DNA from: Utricularia gibba
Lineage: Eukaryota > Plantae > Magnoliophyta
Reading direction: 5' to 3'
Length of the DNA stretch: 64,000 nt
NCBI GenBank assembly: GCA_002189035.1
Contig: NEEC01000007.1
Coordinates: 930,001 to 994,000, forward strand
In this document: positions 28,401 to 40,907 of the stretch, piece after piece
Layout: every line of letters starts with the position of its first letter
How positions within the stretch are numbered: position 1 is the stretch's first letter
Made by a program: the position numbers and the translations under genes
The notes under the pieces: model-generated
What the model was told of the DNA's origin: nothing
Seen by the model: only the letters and a program-made list of their open reading frames with translations
Database searches by the model: none

Positions 28401-31400
28401 GCCTTGAAGATAAAGCTTGGCGGACAAAGCAGAGTAGTGTCCAGCTACTTGGAGCAATGGCATACTGTGCTCCGGAGCAATTGTCTCAATGTCTCCCTAA
28501 AATTGTTCCAAAATTGACTGAGGTTTCCACATAGACTTATGTAGTACACTCAGTTGGCTGTTTGTGTTGCCTAGGTTGTTTTGCATGATCTCTCTCTCTC
28601 TCTTTTTTTTTTCTATTTGCAGGTTCTTACAGATACCCACTCAAAAGTTCAGTCAGCTGGGCAAACAGCACTTCAACAGGTGAGAGGATCAAATTAAGTT
28701 TTGGATGCCTTTAAAACACCGAAGTTTAATTTATTTTCCTATTAATCAGGTTGGGAGTGTCATTAAAAATCCAGAAATATCTGCCCTTGTTCCCACTCTT
28801 TTGAAGGCTCTCACTGATCCCAATGATCACACAAAGCATTCTCTTGATATTCTTCTTCAGGTAAAACGTTGTTTGTAAACCAGAGAAGTCATCTGTCTAA
28901 CCTGTGGTTTTCATTGTTAATATATATATGGTTGAAGGTGGGAGTCAAATATTTTCCACTTGTCGGTTTTATCTTCTTTTTCTCAAACTTGGGGTTTGTT
29001 GAAGAGTTAATTCAATTCATTCCTTGGGGGGGGGGGTCTGATCCATTATTTGGACAGGCAGCATTTCATCCCATTATGGACTAGATTTGATTGTGGTGAG
29101 GCAACGTGCGACCTGCGCACCATAATTTATTGAACTTCTATTTGGTTTCCTGAGTGCCTTCTGTTGTCCAGACGACCTTCATCAATAGTGTCGACGCTCC
29201 CTCTCTTGCTCTGTTGGTGCCCATAGTCCACAGAGGACTACGGGAAAGAAGTTCAGAAACAAAGAAAAAGGCTGCACAAATAGCTGGAAACATGTGCTCC
29301 TTAGTTACAGAGCCGAAGGACATGATTCCGTACATAGGGTTGCTTCTTCCTGAAATAAAAAAAGTACATTACTGTTCTGACTCGAAATTTCTTCTTTTTT
29401 TTTCTAGTAGTTACAATTACTTTTCATGCATGTAGGTCCTGGTTGATCCAATTCCTGAAGTGAGATCAGTTGCTGCAAGAGCACTTGGTTCTCTCATAAA
29501 AGGAATGGGACAAGATAACTTCCCAGATCTTGTTTCATGGTTATTGGATGCTCTAAAGTCAGATGGTAGCAATGTTGAGCGATCAGGAGCAGCCCAAGGC
29601 CTGAGTGAGGTTAGCAATTGTAGTGTGAAGGAATCTGCCCTATTTACCTGCTTTTGTCATTTCACTTGTCCAGTGTTAAATAAAGGCATGTGATTTGAGT
29701 GCTACTGCTTAAGAGCTCCTGTTTTTTTTTTTTTTTATGATTTTAAAATTCGGAATGCCACTATATTTTAGGTTTTAGCTGCACTTGGGGCAAAATATTT
29801 TGAGAGCCTACTTCCTGATATTCTTAGGAACTGCTCTCACCCGAAAGCATCTACTCGAGATGGTTACCTTACCCTTTTCAAGGTGCCCTTCATAGAATAT
29901 CTGCTGCTGTCTTTTCTTTTTGGTTTTTTTTTTTCATTTCATCTTCTTTTTTCTGCATATGGTTAATGCGATTGCTTTTCAAAGTATTTGCCAAGATCAC
30001 TGGGAGTCCAGTTCCAGCAGTACTTGCAACTGGTTCTACCTTCTATTTTAGATGGTAAATTTTTTTCATTTGCATTCTTCCCCTCTGAAGTTAGTGCTTT
30101 GACGAACGTGAAGATATTCTTACCTTCTTCTAGGTCTTGCTGATGAGAATGAGTCTGTGCGAGATGCAGCACTCAGTGCAGGGCATGTCCTGGTTGAACA
30201 CTATGCAACTACGTATGTGCTTAAGCATTTATCATAGATGAGAATGAGTCTCTGTGAGATACCGCCTTGAACTGCGATAGTAATTTAATCTTTGCAGATC
30301 ATTGCCACTTCTTCTTCCTGCTGTGGAGGATGGAATATTCAATGATAACTGGCGTATTCGCCAAAGTTCAGTGGAATTGTTGGGTGATCTTCTATTCAAG
30401 GTGTCACTCTGGGAAACTTTTCTGGTTCCCCTTTCAAAGATTCTTGCTATCGAATAATGTTATTCAGGTTGCTGGAACCTCTGGGAAAGCTCTCCTTGAG
30501 GGTGGAAGTGATGATGAAGGTGCAAGTACTGAAGCTCATGGACGAGCTATTATTGAAGTTCTTGGACGAGAGAAGCGTAATGAAGTTCTTGCTGCATTAT
30601 ATATGGTTCGTGCCGACATAAGTATAACTGTTCGACAGGTATGCTGTTATTTTTACTCCAAAAATGAGCCTTTTGCTTCTTTAAGCTTCCCCTCTGACAC
30701 CTTTGCAAACTGTGTAAACTCTTTTCAGGCTGCACTTCATGTATGGAAATCCATTGTTGCAAATACTCCAAGGACACTTAAAGAAATAATGCCTGTTCTA
30801 ATGAACACCTTGATCACTTCTTTGGCTTCTTCATCTTCAGAGAGACGGCAGGTTTGTAACCAGCTGCTTCTGATGTCGTATCCTTCACTATATGCATGTA
30901 CGGAATTTTTTTAATTTTCTAACTACACTTTAATTTAAGGTTGCTGGAAGGTCCTTGGGCGAGCTAGTACGGAAGCTTGGAGATAGAGTGCTTCCTTTGA
31001 TTGTTCCTATTTTATCTCAGGGTCTTGGTGACCCTGATGGCAGTAGGAGACAAGTATTTTGCCTCAATTTATTTACTGTTACATAAACTTTTCTGTATAT
31101 GTTTTAACTGTATCTTAGTGAGATCTTTAGCTTTCATAGTCTTCAGTTTTTTCAAACCTATTTCCCGCATTTGTATCCAGGGAGTATGCATTGGACTGAG
31201 TGAAGTGATGGCTAGTGCCGGGAAGAGCCAGCTCCTCATGTTCATGGATGAGCTCATCCCTACAATCCGGACTGCACTTTGTGATAGGTTCGTTGAACTT
31301 AAATGCACATGCATTGTATTATGGTTCTAGAAGTTATATCTTAATTTTTACTTTAATAGCATGCCTGAGGTTCGTGAGTCTGCTGGCTTGGCATTTAGTA

Positions 31401-34400
31401 CGCTTTACAAGGTATTTCACTTACATTAGATATGTGAGATTTTTTCTTGTTTATTCTAGCGATGCATAACTATTATTTATTTGATTGAGGCATGCAGAGT
31501 GCCGGCTTGCAAGCTATAGATGAAATTGTTCCTACACTCCTTCATGCTTTGGAAGACGAACAAACATCTGAAACCGCTCTTGATGGTTTGACACAAATCT
31601 TGAGGTATGTACTGTTGCAATGTTGATGGAAGACGAATAACATCTGAAAGTGCTTGTACTGTTGCAATGTTGTTTAAATTTCCATGTTTACTACAGTGTT
31701 AGGACTACTGTTGTGCTACCGCATATCCTTCCCAAGCTTGTTCAGCTTCCATTGTCGTAAGTACAGACATTTTGACTTGTATTGAATGTAGCATATCGAT
31801 GTTGTGTCACCTATAAACAGAATGCTCCGTGTGCAGCACATCTAATGCACATGCTTTGGGAGCTCTGGCAGAAGTGGCAGGGCCTGGTCTCAATTCGCAC
31901 CTTGGTACTGTTCTGCCTGCTTTACTTTCTGCTATGGGTGACAGCAATGGTGATGAGGTATTAACCACCACCTTATATCTACTAGTTGTCATATTCAAGA
32001 ATGGTTAGTTCCTATCCATGTGCTTGCTTGAGAAGTTCAAATAGGAAGTCTGAAAATTGATTAAAAACAAGGGCAATGAGTGTCTGGAAATATTTACACA
32101 AGATGAATTTTAATCCTATTAGATTGTGAATATCCAATCATCATGCTTATTACAGAAATATCATGTCAACATATGCTCATACTCTGAGGTTATGGCTTAT
32201 CAAGTACATTATCTTGTTTTTCCCGTTTTTGGTTATTGTAGGATGTTAAACATTTGGCCAAGAAATCTGCTGAAATGGTTGTTTTAGTTATTGATGATGA
32301 TGGCATAGAGCCTTTGATTTCAGAGCTTCTGAAAGGCACTGCTGATAATCAGGCAAGTTTTGGTGTATTTGAACCATAATGTTTTCCAATGTGCGTGGCT
32401 TTCTGCCAGAATAATTATTATTGAGAGATATGGCAAGGAAAGTCTAAAATTCATCTGATTCTTCCAGGCATCATTGCGGAGGAGTTCAGCATATCTAATT
32501 GGATACCTTTTCCAGAATAGCAAGTTGTATTTGGTTGATGAAGTGCCTAATGTGATATCCACCCTTATAATTCTGTTGACTGATTCAGACTCTGCAACAG
32601 TTGCGGTAATGTTAGGTGATGTTTTGTTTATTTCATTTTTGAGTTATGGCACGCTTCAATATCTTCACAGGTTGCTTGGGAAGCACTACTGAGAGTCGTA
32701 AATTCGGTGCCCAAGGAGGCTCTTTCTTCGCATGTGAAAGTGGTCCGAGATGCAGTATCTACCTCAAGAGATAGAGAAAGCCGGAAAAAGAAAGTGAGTT
32801 TCACCAATTCACTAATTTTGATCAGTGACTCGAGTATGTTGAATATATTAGTGATCTGATTGAAGGAAAAACTTCTTAGATTACATTGAATCTAACGTGA
32901 GTTAATTCTTGTATTCCAGGGAGGACCTGTTCTGATTCCTGGATTCTGCCTCCCAAAAGCACTTCAACCTATATTGCCTATATATCTCCAGGCATTTCAT
33001 CTTACTCCAATGCTTGAAAATTAGCATTTCTATGTTTCGAAATCTGGATTATACTTGTTTTTTATTCATATGAAATGATAGAAAAATGGTTCTTTCAACC
33101 CCCAAACACTGCCTGGCATGATTTAAGTTTTTTTCTCTTGCATTGCATTTTGAAAAAAAAGAAAAAAGATAATGCTTTCTCTTCAAACATTATGGGATGC
33201 GGTCGCACACTATTCCCATTCAAGAATAGTAGCTTATATTTTTTTGGATTGTAGCGTATAAATTACAAATATTTTGGTCGCAAGTTTTGCAACTGAGTGT
33301 TCTGTGTGTTTTTGTAATTTCACTGATTCAAGACACATATTTCTTTAGTCTACATCAGGATTGCTAAGTTACTCACTGTGTATTCAACATTTTTCAGGGT
33401 CTTATGAGTGGGTCAGCTGAACTAAGACAACAGGCTGCAATGGGACTTGGGGAGTTAATTGATGTGACAAGCGAGAAAGCCTTGAAGGAATTTGTTATTC
33501 CAATTACCGGGTATGCTGTATCATTTATTCTAAACTGTGATTTTGTTGTTGATTCATTACATGAGAATGTGATAAAAAAATGGTTATGGTTCTCTGGTAT
33601 ATTGTCCCGTAATTACATGCTCTTCTTATCTTTTAACCATCAGAACTGTTTGGTTTCCAACTCTATTTATTATTACTTTTTTCCTGATAACTTTCGGGAC
33701 TTGGTATTTTGCAACAGGCGCAAGTTAGTATTCAGTTCAAGAGTTTTTGCATACTGGTTTTTAATTGTCGTGTGTTTGGGAAAATGAAGTGTATGTTCAA
33801 ATATGCCAGCTGCCTCGTGTATGCTTGTCTATCCACTTTTTTCTGGTGCATGGCGTTTGCACCATATGCCTGCAATTTATACCTACCTTTATTATGCATT
33901 TTGAACTAGCGACTAGAAGATTAGTTTCTCCCTGATCACCACATCCGGGAATTCAAGCTGTGCTCTCATCGTTTTTTTTTCACTCACTTCTGCTCAATCA
34001 AAGTGGGGCTAGCATTTAACTGTTGTATATTTTCTTATATGTCATTCTTTAGGCCACTTATACGCATCATAGGTGATCGTTTTCCCTGGCAAGTGAAGAG
34101 TGCTATTCTTTCAACGTTAACCATCATGATACAGAAAGGTGGGATTGCCCTGAAACCTTTTCTTCCCCAACTTCAAACCACATTTGTCAAGTGCCTGCAA
34201 GACAACACAAGGTAAGTTTGGAAGGTGGAGCTTTTAGTTCAGTTATTCAAATTTATAGACATTTATTTCTTTTCTAGATCTGATCCTAGCCATCCTAGTC
34301 ATTCTTAGAAATAAAATAATAAGACGGTTTTATGCTTTATGCTTAATGTAATTCTTCACCACAGGACGGTACGTTCAAGTGCTGCTGTTGCCCTTGGGAA

Positions 34401-36020
34401 GCTTAGTGTTCTCAGCACGAGAGTTGATCCTCTAGTTGGCGATCTTTTGTCTGGTTTGCAGGTACGTCTATTAATGTTTTTTCTTTCTGAACTGAACCAA
34501 TAATCACAGTTATATTTTCTTTAGGCATCGGATCCTGCAGTTCAAGAAGCAATATTAACTGCATTAGATGGCGTGATAAAGAATGCGGGGAAAAGTTTGA
34601 GTCCTGCGGTTATAACTCGAGCACTTACTCAGCTAAGGGATATTGTACATAGTGAAGATGACACCTTACGAATTTCTTCTACCCGTATCATGGGGCATTT
34701 ATTGCAGGTAAGTTCCTCGCTGTACTATACCTATTATCAACACATGGAAGAGCAGATCTCTCATGTCTTACAAAAGCCTGACATGCAACCTCTATTTGCT
34801 TGAGAGTTGAAAAATAATCACAGTACTTGTTATTCCCAGACAGTTTTTCTCCTATTGAACTAATTATCATTTTTCTGGAAGCATTTGGAAAATGCTGAAG
34901 TTTATGATCTTCTGACGGGTATGGTGGATTCGGCCATCTCTTCTAATTGGACTGCAAGACATGGATCCATTCTTGCCTTATCATCAATGCTGCAGAACAG
35001 TCCATCCATAATATGTGCTTCTTCATTGTTTTCCAGAATCTTTGATTGTCTGAAAAAATCATCTAAAGACGAAAAGGTACGTGTTACCGTTTTAAATTCA
35101 AGGATTTACGTGAAAACTTGTAAAAAAAGAAATTTTTTATCAGTTTATCGTTTTCTCATGTAACAATTATGCGCGTCAATGTGAGCATCTATTATATCTC
35201 ACCTGCATGGCAGAATGCAGTCGCTTATCTACATTTTTTTTTTGTCTGATGCGCTCTTTTACATGTAGTTCCCGATTCGGGAATCTTCCATTAGAGGATT
35301 GGGAAGTCTTCTGCTATACCAAGTCCAGAATGATTCTCAGAAAACCACCGAACAGCTGGCTACACTCAACCTTCTTGTACTGGCAATGCAAGATGATACG
35401 GGTGAAGTCAGAAGAAGGGCATTGAATGCACTGAAGGCGGCTTCCAAAGTAAAGTTGAAGGATTTTCATTGTTGGATTATGTTATTAGATTATATTTATT
35501 TAATCTGAGTGATGATATCTGTGTAGGCTAACCCTCACGTGATGATGCTTCATGCCCCTCTCTTTGGACCTGGAGTTGCTGAATGCTTAAGGGATGGATC
35601 TATGCCTGTTAAACTGGCTGCAGAGAGATGTGCTTTGTACAGCTTCCAACTAGCTAGAGGTAATAACTTCTACTTCTTTCTCCATGTCTGAGATCGTGCT
35701 GCATGAAGTGATTCCTACCTATCGCTTCACATTTTCACTGAATATTCCCAAAATCGGCCTTTTCTTGTCTCTCAGGACCTGAATTTGTTCAAGCTGCTCA
35801 AAGATATATCACTGGCTTGGATGCTAGAAGAATAGCAAAGCTTCCCGAGCACAGGTATGAAATCTTGCGTAAAAGTTTGAAGCTGTTAGTCAGTTGAAAC
35901 TGTTATTGACAAATAAACATATATGACGCCTTTGAGCTTCTTTTTTTGTCAAATCTGCTCTGAGAGTTAACTGAATATTGCTGTCACAGTGATGCCAGTC
36001 GAGACAGCGATGATGAATGA
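19410..36020 (+). CDS. GCN1: GCN1 / ILITYHIA HEAT-repeat activator of GCN2
   Basis: About 60 exons traced by hand from ATG 19410 to TGA 36020. Conserved segments include [59 protein letters not shown] and [11 protein letters not shown]. One apparent -1 indel at 24676-24679 and three GC-AG introns. Confidence 0.95.
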
Positions 36021-38031
36021 ATAACTCGGAATAACTGAACAACATGGTTCACTGGCTTGCCATTGCCCTTGTAAGAGTACGTAGGTCCAAGTGAACGGTA
36101 AACTCCCCAACAAAATCACCAATCCTCCATCAAAGGGACACGTTTTTATTCGAAGTTGTGATGTAATGATGTTCAAACAAACCACATGAGATTTTCGGCT
36201 CGTGAATGAACAAACTTCACAGTACAGTACTGAGTATTCCTACAGATGTACTCCTCTGTTGCTTTACTTTAGTTGACATTTTTTGGTTTGTTGATGCCGT
36301 TGATGATCCCTCTATTAAATGCATCTTTTAGAGTGCATTGGCAAACATTGTAACAAGACAGAAGAGGGGGAGTGTTCGTACATTGGTTTGTCTGTCATCT
36401 CGTGCAAGAAAATGGTCAACAAGTTTTGGCTCGGTCGGATGACTCCGAAAGAGACTTGAAACTGCAAAGTTAATAGAGAAATGCTAATCCCTTCTTTCGC
36501 CTCTCGTCCAGCTCATGTGCAATTCTCCCAGAAATGAATGAATCTCCTGTTCTTTCCAATAGCTATTCCCCACCTATTTCCCGAAAAGAAGTTACATTTG
36601 TTGCATCCCTCTGAGTAGTCCTTGTCCTTGATGTGATTGGATACTTCGAAAAAAATTTTCTATTCATGTAATTTTTACTACTAGATAAACGAGTGTGAGT
36701 TGAAACCAGTACCACCAAATTTATAATGTGTTTTGAGTCTTAGATGCATCTTAGAACCATCTGTGTATCCAGAAACAGTTCGGTGGTGTACTTAGAAGTG
36801 CGACTACATGAAGCAGTGGGATCCCATAACTACATAACATTTTCTTAGTGAAATTTAAACTAGAAGGACACAAGGACTAGGAAGCAGAAGATGAACTGAA
36901 TGTGGGTGAGGTATGCAGACTTTGATATGCTGAAAATTTGTCTTGAGGGGAGTTAATGCTAAGAGTTACACTAATTGGTACAACTGGTTCTCTGTATACC
37001 TTGGCCTAGGAACAATTACTGACATCTAAATTATTACCTCACCACCTGTATTTATGTACATTTTTCGTTATAAAATAAACAATCCTGTCCTTTATTTTAT
37101 TTATTTCCCATTCACTGGTGGAGATGGTTCCAGATGATGATGAGGATTAGGTTGAGTTAATGACATGCGTTTTAGTTCAAGTGGCTTTGAAGTTTGTGAA
37201 GAAATTAATATATCACTTTGAGGTGGTTGGTTGAGGATCCGTGACAGGCGGGTGAAGCTGCTATAATTTGCTAATAGTCTCCTTTCCCTTTCCTATGCAT
37301 TAGAGTTGAAGATTTAACTACAAAAAGAAGAAACGTGGTTAAGTTAATTTTGCTTTTGGAGATGAAGAGGAGGTGACTTGAGGCATTGGGAGTTAATGAA
37401 GAAAGATTGAGAGCTGTCAGAAGCGGATGGAAAGGAAGATGAATGCATGGAGCATTAAAGGAAAAGTGGGGATGGTCAGTGAAGGGGGTAGGTTTGCATG
37501 ATTTATAGTGGGCTTTGATTGTTCTTCCCTTCTCTTTCTCCATTTCACTCATCTATCCTACCTTTCTTGCTTGGAGAGCTTGAATCTCATGCTCATGGGA
37601 TTTGAGAAAAATTGTATGGTTGCTGAGCATAAGAAGCAGAAACAGTAGCAGGGAAGTGGAGTGTTGAAGAATCATGATTCTGATGCTGGAAAAGTCTGCG
37701 ACTGCATTTTCGTGGCTTAATTGCAGCACACCCACCTCCCATTAAATTGAATACAGCAGCAGCAGCAGCATCATCATCCTCATTTCCATTCCATACTCTT
37801 TCATGTGTGTGTGTCAAGAATTCAATACATGTCCTTTTCATAGTTTGGTTTTCTGTTGGCCTGCCTGTTTTAGAGTCATTAAGAGGTGCTTCTGGTTATT
37901 GTGACCACTAATGTATTCAGTTTCACAGAGAAGCAGAAGCAACTCAAGGACCAGACCAAACCAAAGGCAAGCTGATAGCTAAGCTTCCCGTGTTTTTGAT
38001 TCGCTTCCATCTTCTTCTGGCACTGAATGAA

Positions 38032-40565
38032 ATGGGGAGGAAGAGCATAGTTTTTTCTCCATTTCTGCTCTTTCTGGTGGTTTTCTTCCAGAGCCCAGAA
38101 CCAGTTTTCAGCTCCTTAAACTACACCAGATACAGACAAGTCAGTAGTTTGAGGTTGGCTAGAATTCAGAAACATTTGGACAAGATAAATAAGCTACCAG
38201 TTTTTACAATTCAGGTAACCAATCTTACATCCATCTCAGTTCGGTCTATGTTTATGTATCTATTTGTTGATGACACATTTCGAGTTTTTGAGCAGAGCCC
38301 AGATGGAGACATCATTGATTGTGTTCATAAACGAAGGCAACCAGCTTTAGATCATCCCCTTCTAAAGAATCACAAGATTCAGGTAAATCCCCGCTTCAAT
38401 TTCGAAGAAACAAAAGGTGTTCACTTTTCTTATTGAATTTTGATAAGAATTTAAGCAAAAGCACCTGTTCCTTCAAGCTTCAACTGCCAACTGCCCTGAA
38501 GATGAAACTGGAAAATCAGTCTTTGTTTCCAGGTCATTAATTGCTCATTGTGATGTGCAGAAAATTCCACCGCAGATGCCGAAAGGAATGAAAATGGCCC
38601 GGACGGACTCCGCCGTGGACGGCGGTGGTTCGAGTATCGGTAGTCGGAAACGTGTCTGGCAAATGTGGCATCACGCCGGTTACCGATGCCCCAACGGTAC
38701 TATTCCCATACGGCGGAGCTCTGTCGGTGATGTACTGAGGGCGAAGTCGCTCTACGAGTACGGAAAAAAACGAACCCGCCGCGCTGTCGCCTCCACCACA
38801 GTCGCCGTCGACCGCCATGTCGAAGCCCCTGACGTCGTCGGTGGGAACGGCCACGAGGTAAATCGCATATCTGTAACACTTGCTGATTCCACTTCAGATT
38901 TAATAAATAACCAAAATCACACGCCCTTCACATATATATTTGTCCAAAATCCGAACCCTAGTATTTTGATTTCACTGTAACCCAATTGGCGATTACTGCA
39001 GCACGCGATAGCGTACACGGCGGCGTCTGGGGAGGTTTACGGCGCCAAGGCCACGATTAACGTATGGGATCCATCGATAGAAGCTCTGAACGAGTTCAGT
39101 TTGTCGCAGATTTGGGTGCTCTCAGGCTCCTTCGACGGCGCAGACCTGAACAGCATCGAGGCCGGCTGGCAGGTACGCTTCCAGTTTAATTTTCACGTAT
39201 CAATCAATCTAAACGATGATTCTCGGATGAGATTTGAAGCTGTGATGGTTGCATTAGTCAGGTTAGTCCGGAGCTGTATGGTGACTCCAGGCCCCGTCTA
39301 TTCACCTACTGGACGGTCAGTTTCTCTTCATACTATGTCGTGCAATGAGCAGTGAATTCTGTAGATTTAAAATCACTTTTCTGTTTGAGACCCCAAAATC
39401 ACCAATTTGTCTCTTTTACATGAATGTGGGAAAAAACGGTAGGTGGGTTTGGTCATTCTGATGAAGTGAAGTCTGGTATAACAAATTTTCATATGTAGAA
39501 ACTGAGGTTATGGGGCCTCAATGGTAAGAATGCAGGGGATGTAGGATAAAAGTTGACAGGATACGGCTCATTTCATCATGATACACAATTGGCTGAAGTT
39601 TCTGGTTCATAGGAGTCTACTGAATCGTTTTTCAGGGAAATAAATAATTCCCATACACTGTCAAAATTTGTTTGTACGTCTCAGTTTTTCATGATTATCT
39701 TCCACAGAAACAAAATTTTAAATGCATTGATTTCGCTGCCATCTGCATCAATGCGCCGTACATTGGGTTAGGAGGCAGCATTAACTCACTGAAGATTATT
39801 CTAGAGACAAGTGTTGGGATGTGTGGATACGAATATGATTAGGGGGATAATGCTATAATGCTCATGTCTCTGTTATGTTGTTTTCTCCCCTTTTATGTTT
39901 ACTTCTGCATGGTACATACGTGTTGTTATTCAATCTCATTTCTCATCTCCTTTGTCTTGTGCAGAGTGACGCATACCAAGCAACCGGCTGTTACAATCTT
40001 CTATGTTCCGGATTTGTGCAAACCAATAGTCGTATAGCAATCGGAGCTGCGATTTCTCCTATCTCGTCACTGCAAGGCAACCAATACGATATCACCATTC
40101 TCATTTGGAAGGTAATCTAGTTTCTGTTTCATGGAATGCACGATCTTACTCAATGGTGGTTGATGTAGAAATCAAGTCATTGTGCAGGATCCCAAGTTGG
40201 GAAATTGGTGGATGGGATTCGGTGACAATACCCTTGTCGGTTATTGGCCTACTGAGCTTTTCACTCATCTGTCTGACCGAGCCACCATGGTCGAATGGGG
40301 CGGAGAGGTTGTCAATTCCCGGCCGAACGGTAACCACACGTCGACACAGATGGGCTCGGGGCATTATGCTGATCAAGGATTTGGCAAAGCCAGCTACTTC
40401 AGGAATCTAGAAGTTGTGGATGCTGACAACGCGTTGACGTCCGTGCAAGGGGTTTCAACATTGGCCGAGAACAACAACTGTTACGATATCAAGAGCTCCT
40501 ACAACGCTGAATGGGGCACACATTTTTACTACGGTGGTCCTGGGAGAAGCGCAACTTGCCCTTGA
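38032..40565 (+). CDS. Neprosin-domain (DUF239) glutamic peptidase-like protein with activation peptide
   Basis: Exons 38032-38214, 38296-38382, 38561-38857, 39002-39172, 39262-39315, 39965-40111, 40188-40565. Signal peptide, [37 protein letters not shown]. Confidence 0.93.
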
Positions 40566-40907
40566 CCCCCTCCCAGCGGGACTCATCACATGGTACAAGA
40601 TTCTTTCTTTATCGAGAAGCTGTTGTTTAGTGTAGTGGGGAGTTTGCGTTGCCTGGTTCCCTCAGAGTTTCAGGCTTTTTGTCAATCACCACCAATGTTG
40701 AAAAGGAAATAGCAAGCTATATGTGAATACTTTCCCATAAATGTAAGCCCATTTTTGTGATCATTCATTCTGTTACACACATTTGAACGCAAAGTCGAAA
40801 ACTTTACATCCCATGTATCGAAAGATGAAACCTTTAAGGGAACAGGTAGATGGTGATTGGAATAGGCCATATGTAATGTTGGAGTGAAAATTCATACCCG
40901 CAAAAAA

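Noticed and set aside
36355-36965. PPT-like GAGGGGGAG-TGTT (36364-36376), TTGAGGGGAG near 36944 and a faint copia RNase H-like QKQF.VVY
   Set aside because: No paired LTR, PBS, TSD or sustained ORF; too degenerate to call. The GACAGAAGAG similarity to miR156 has no supporting hairpin.
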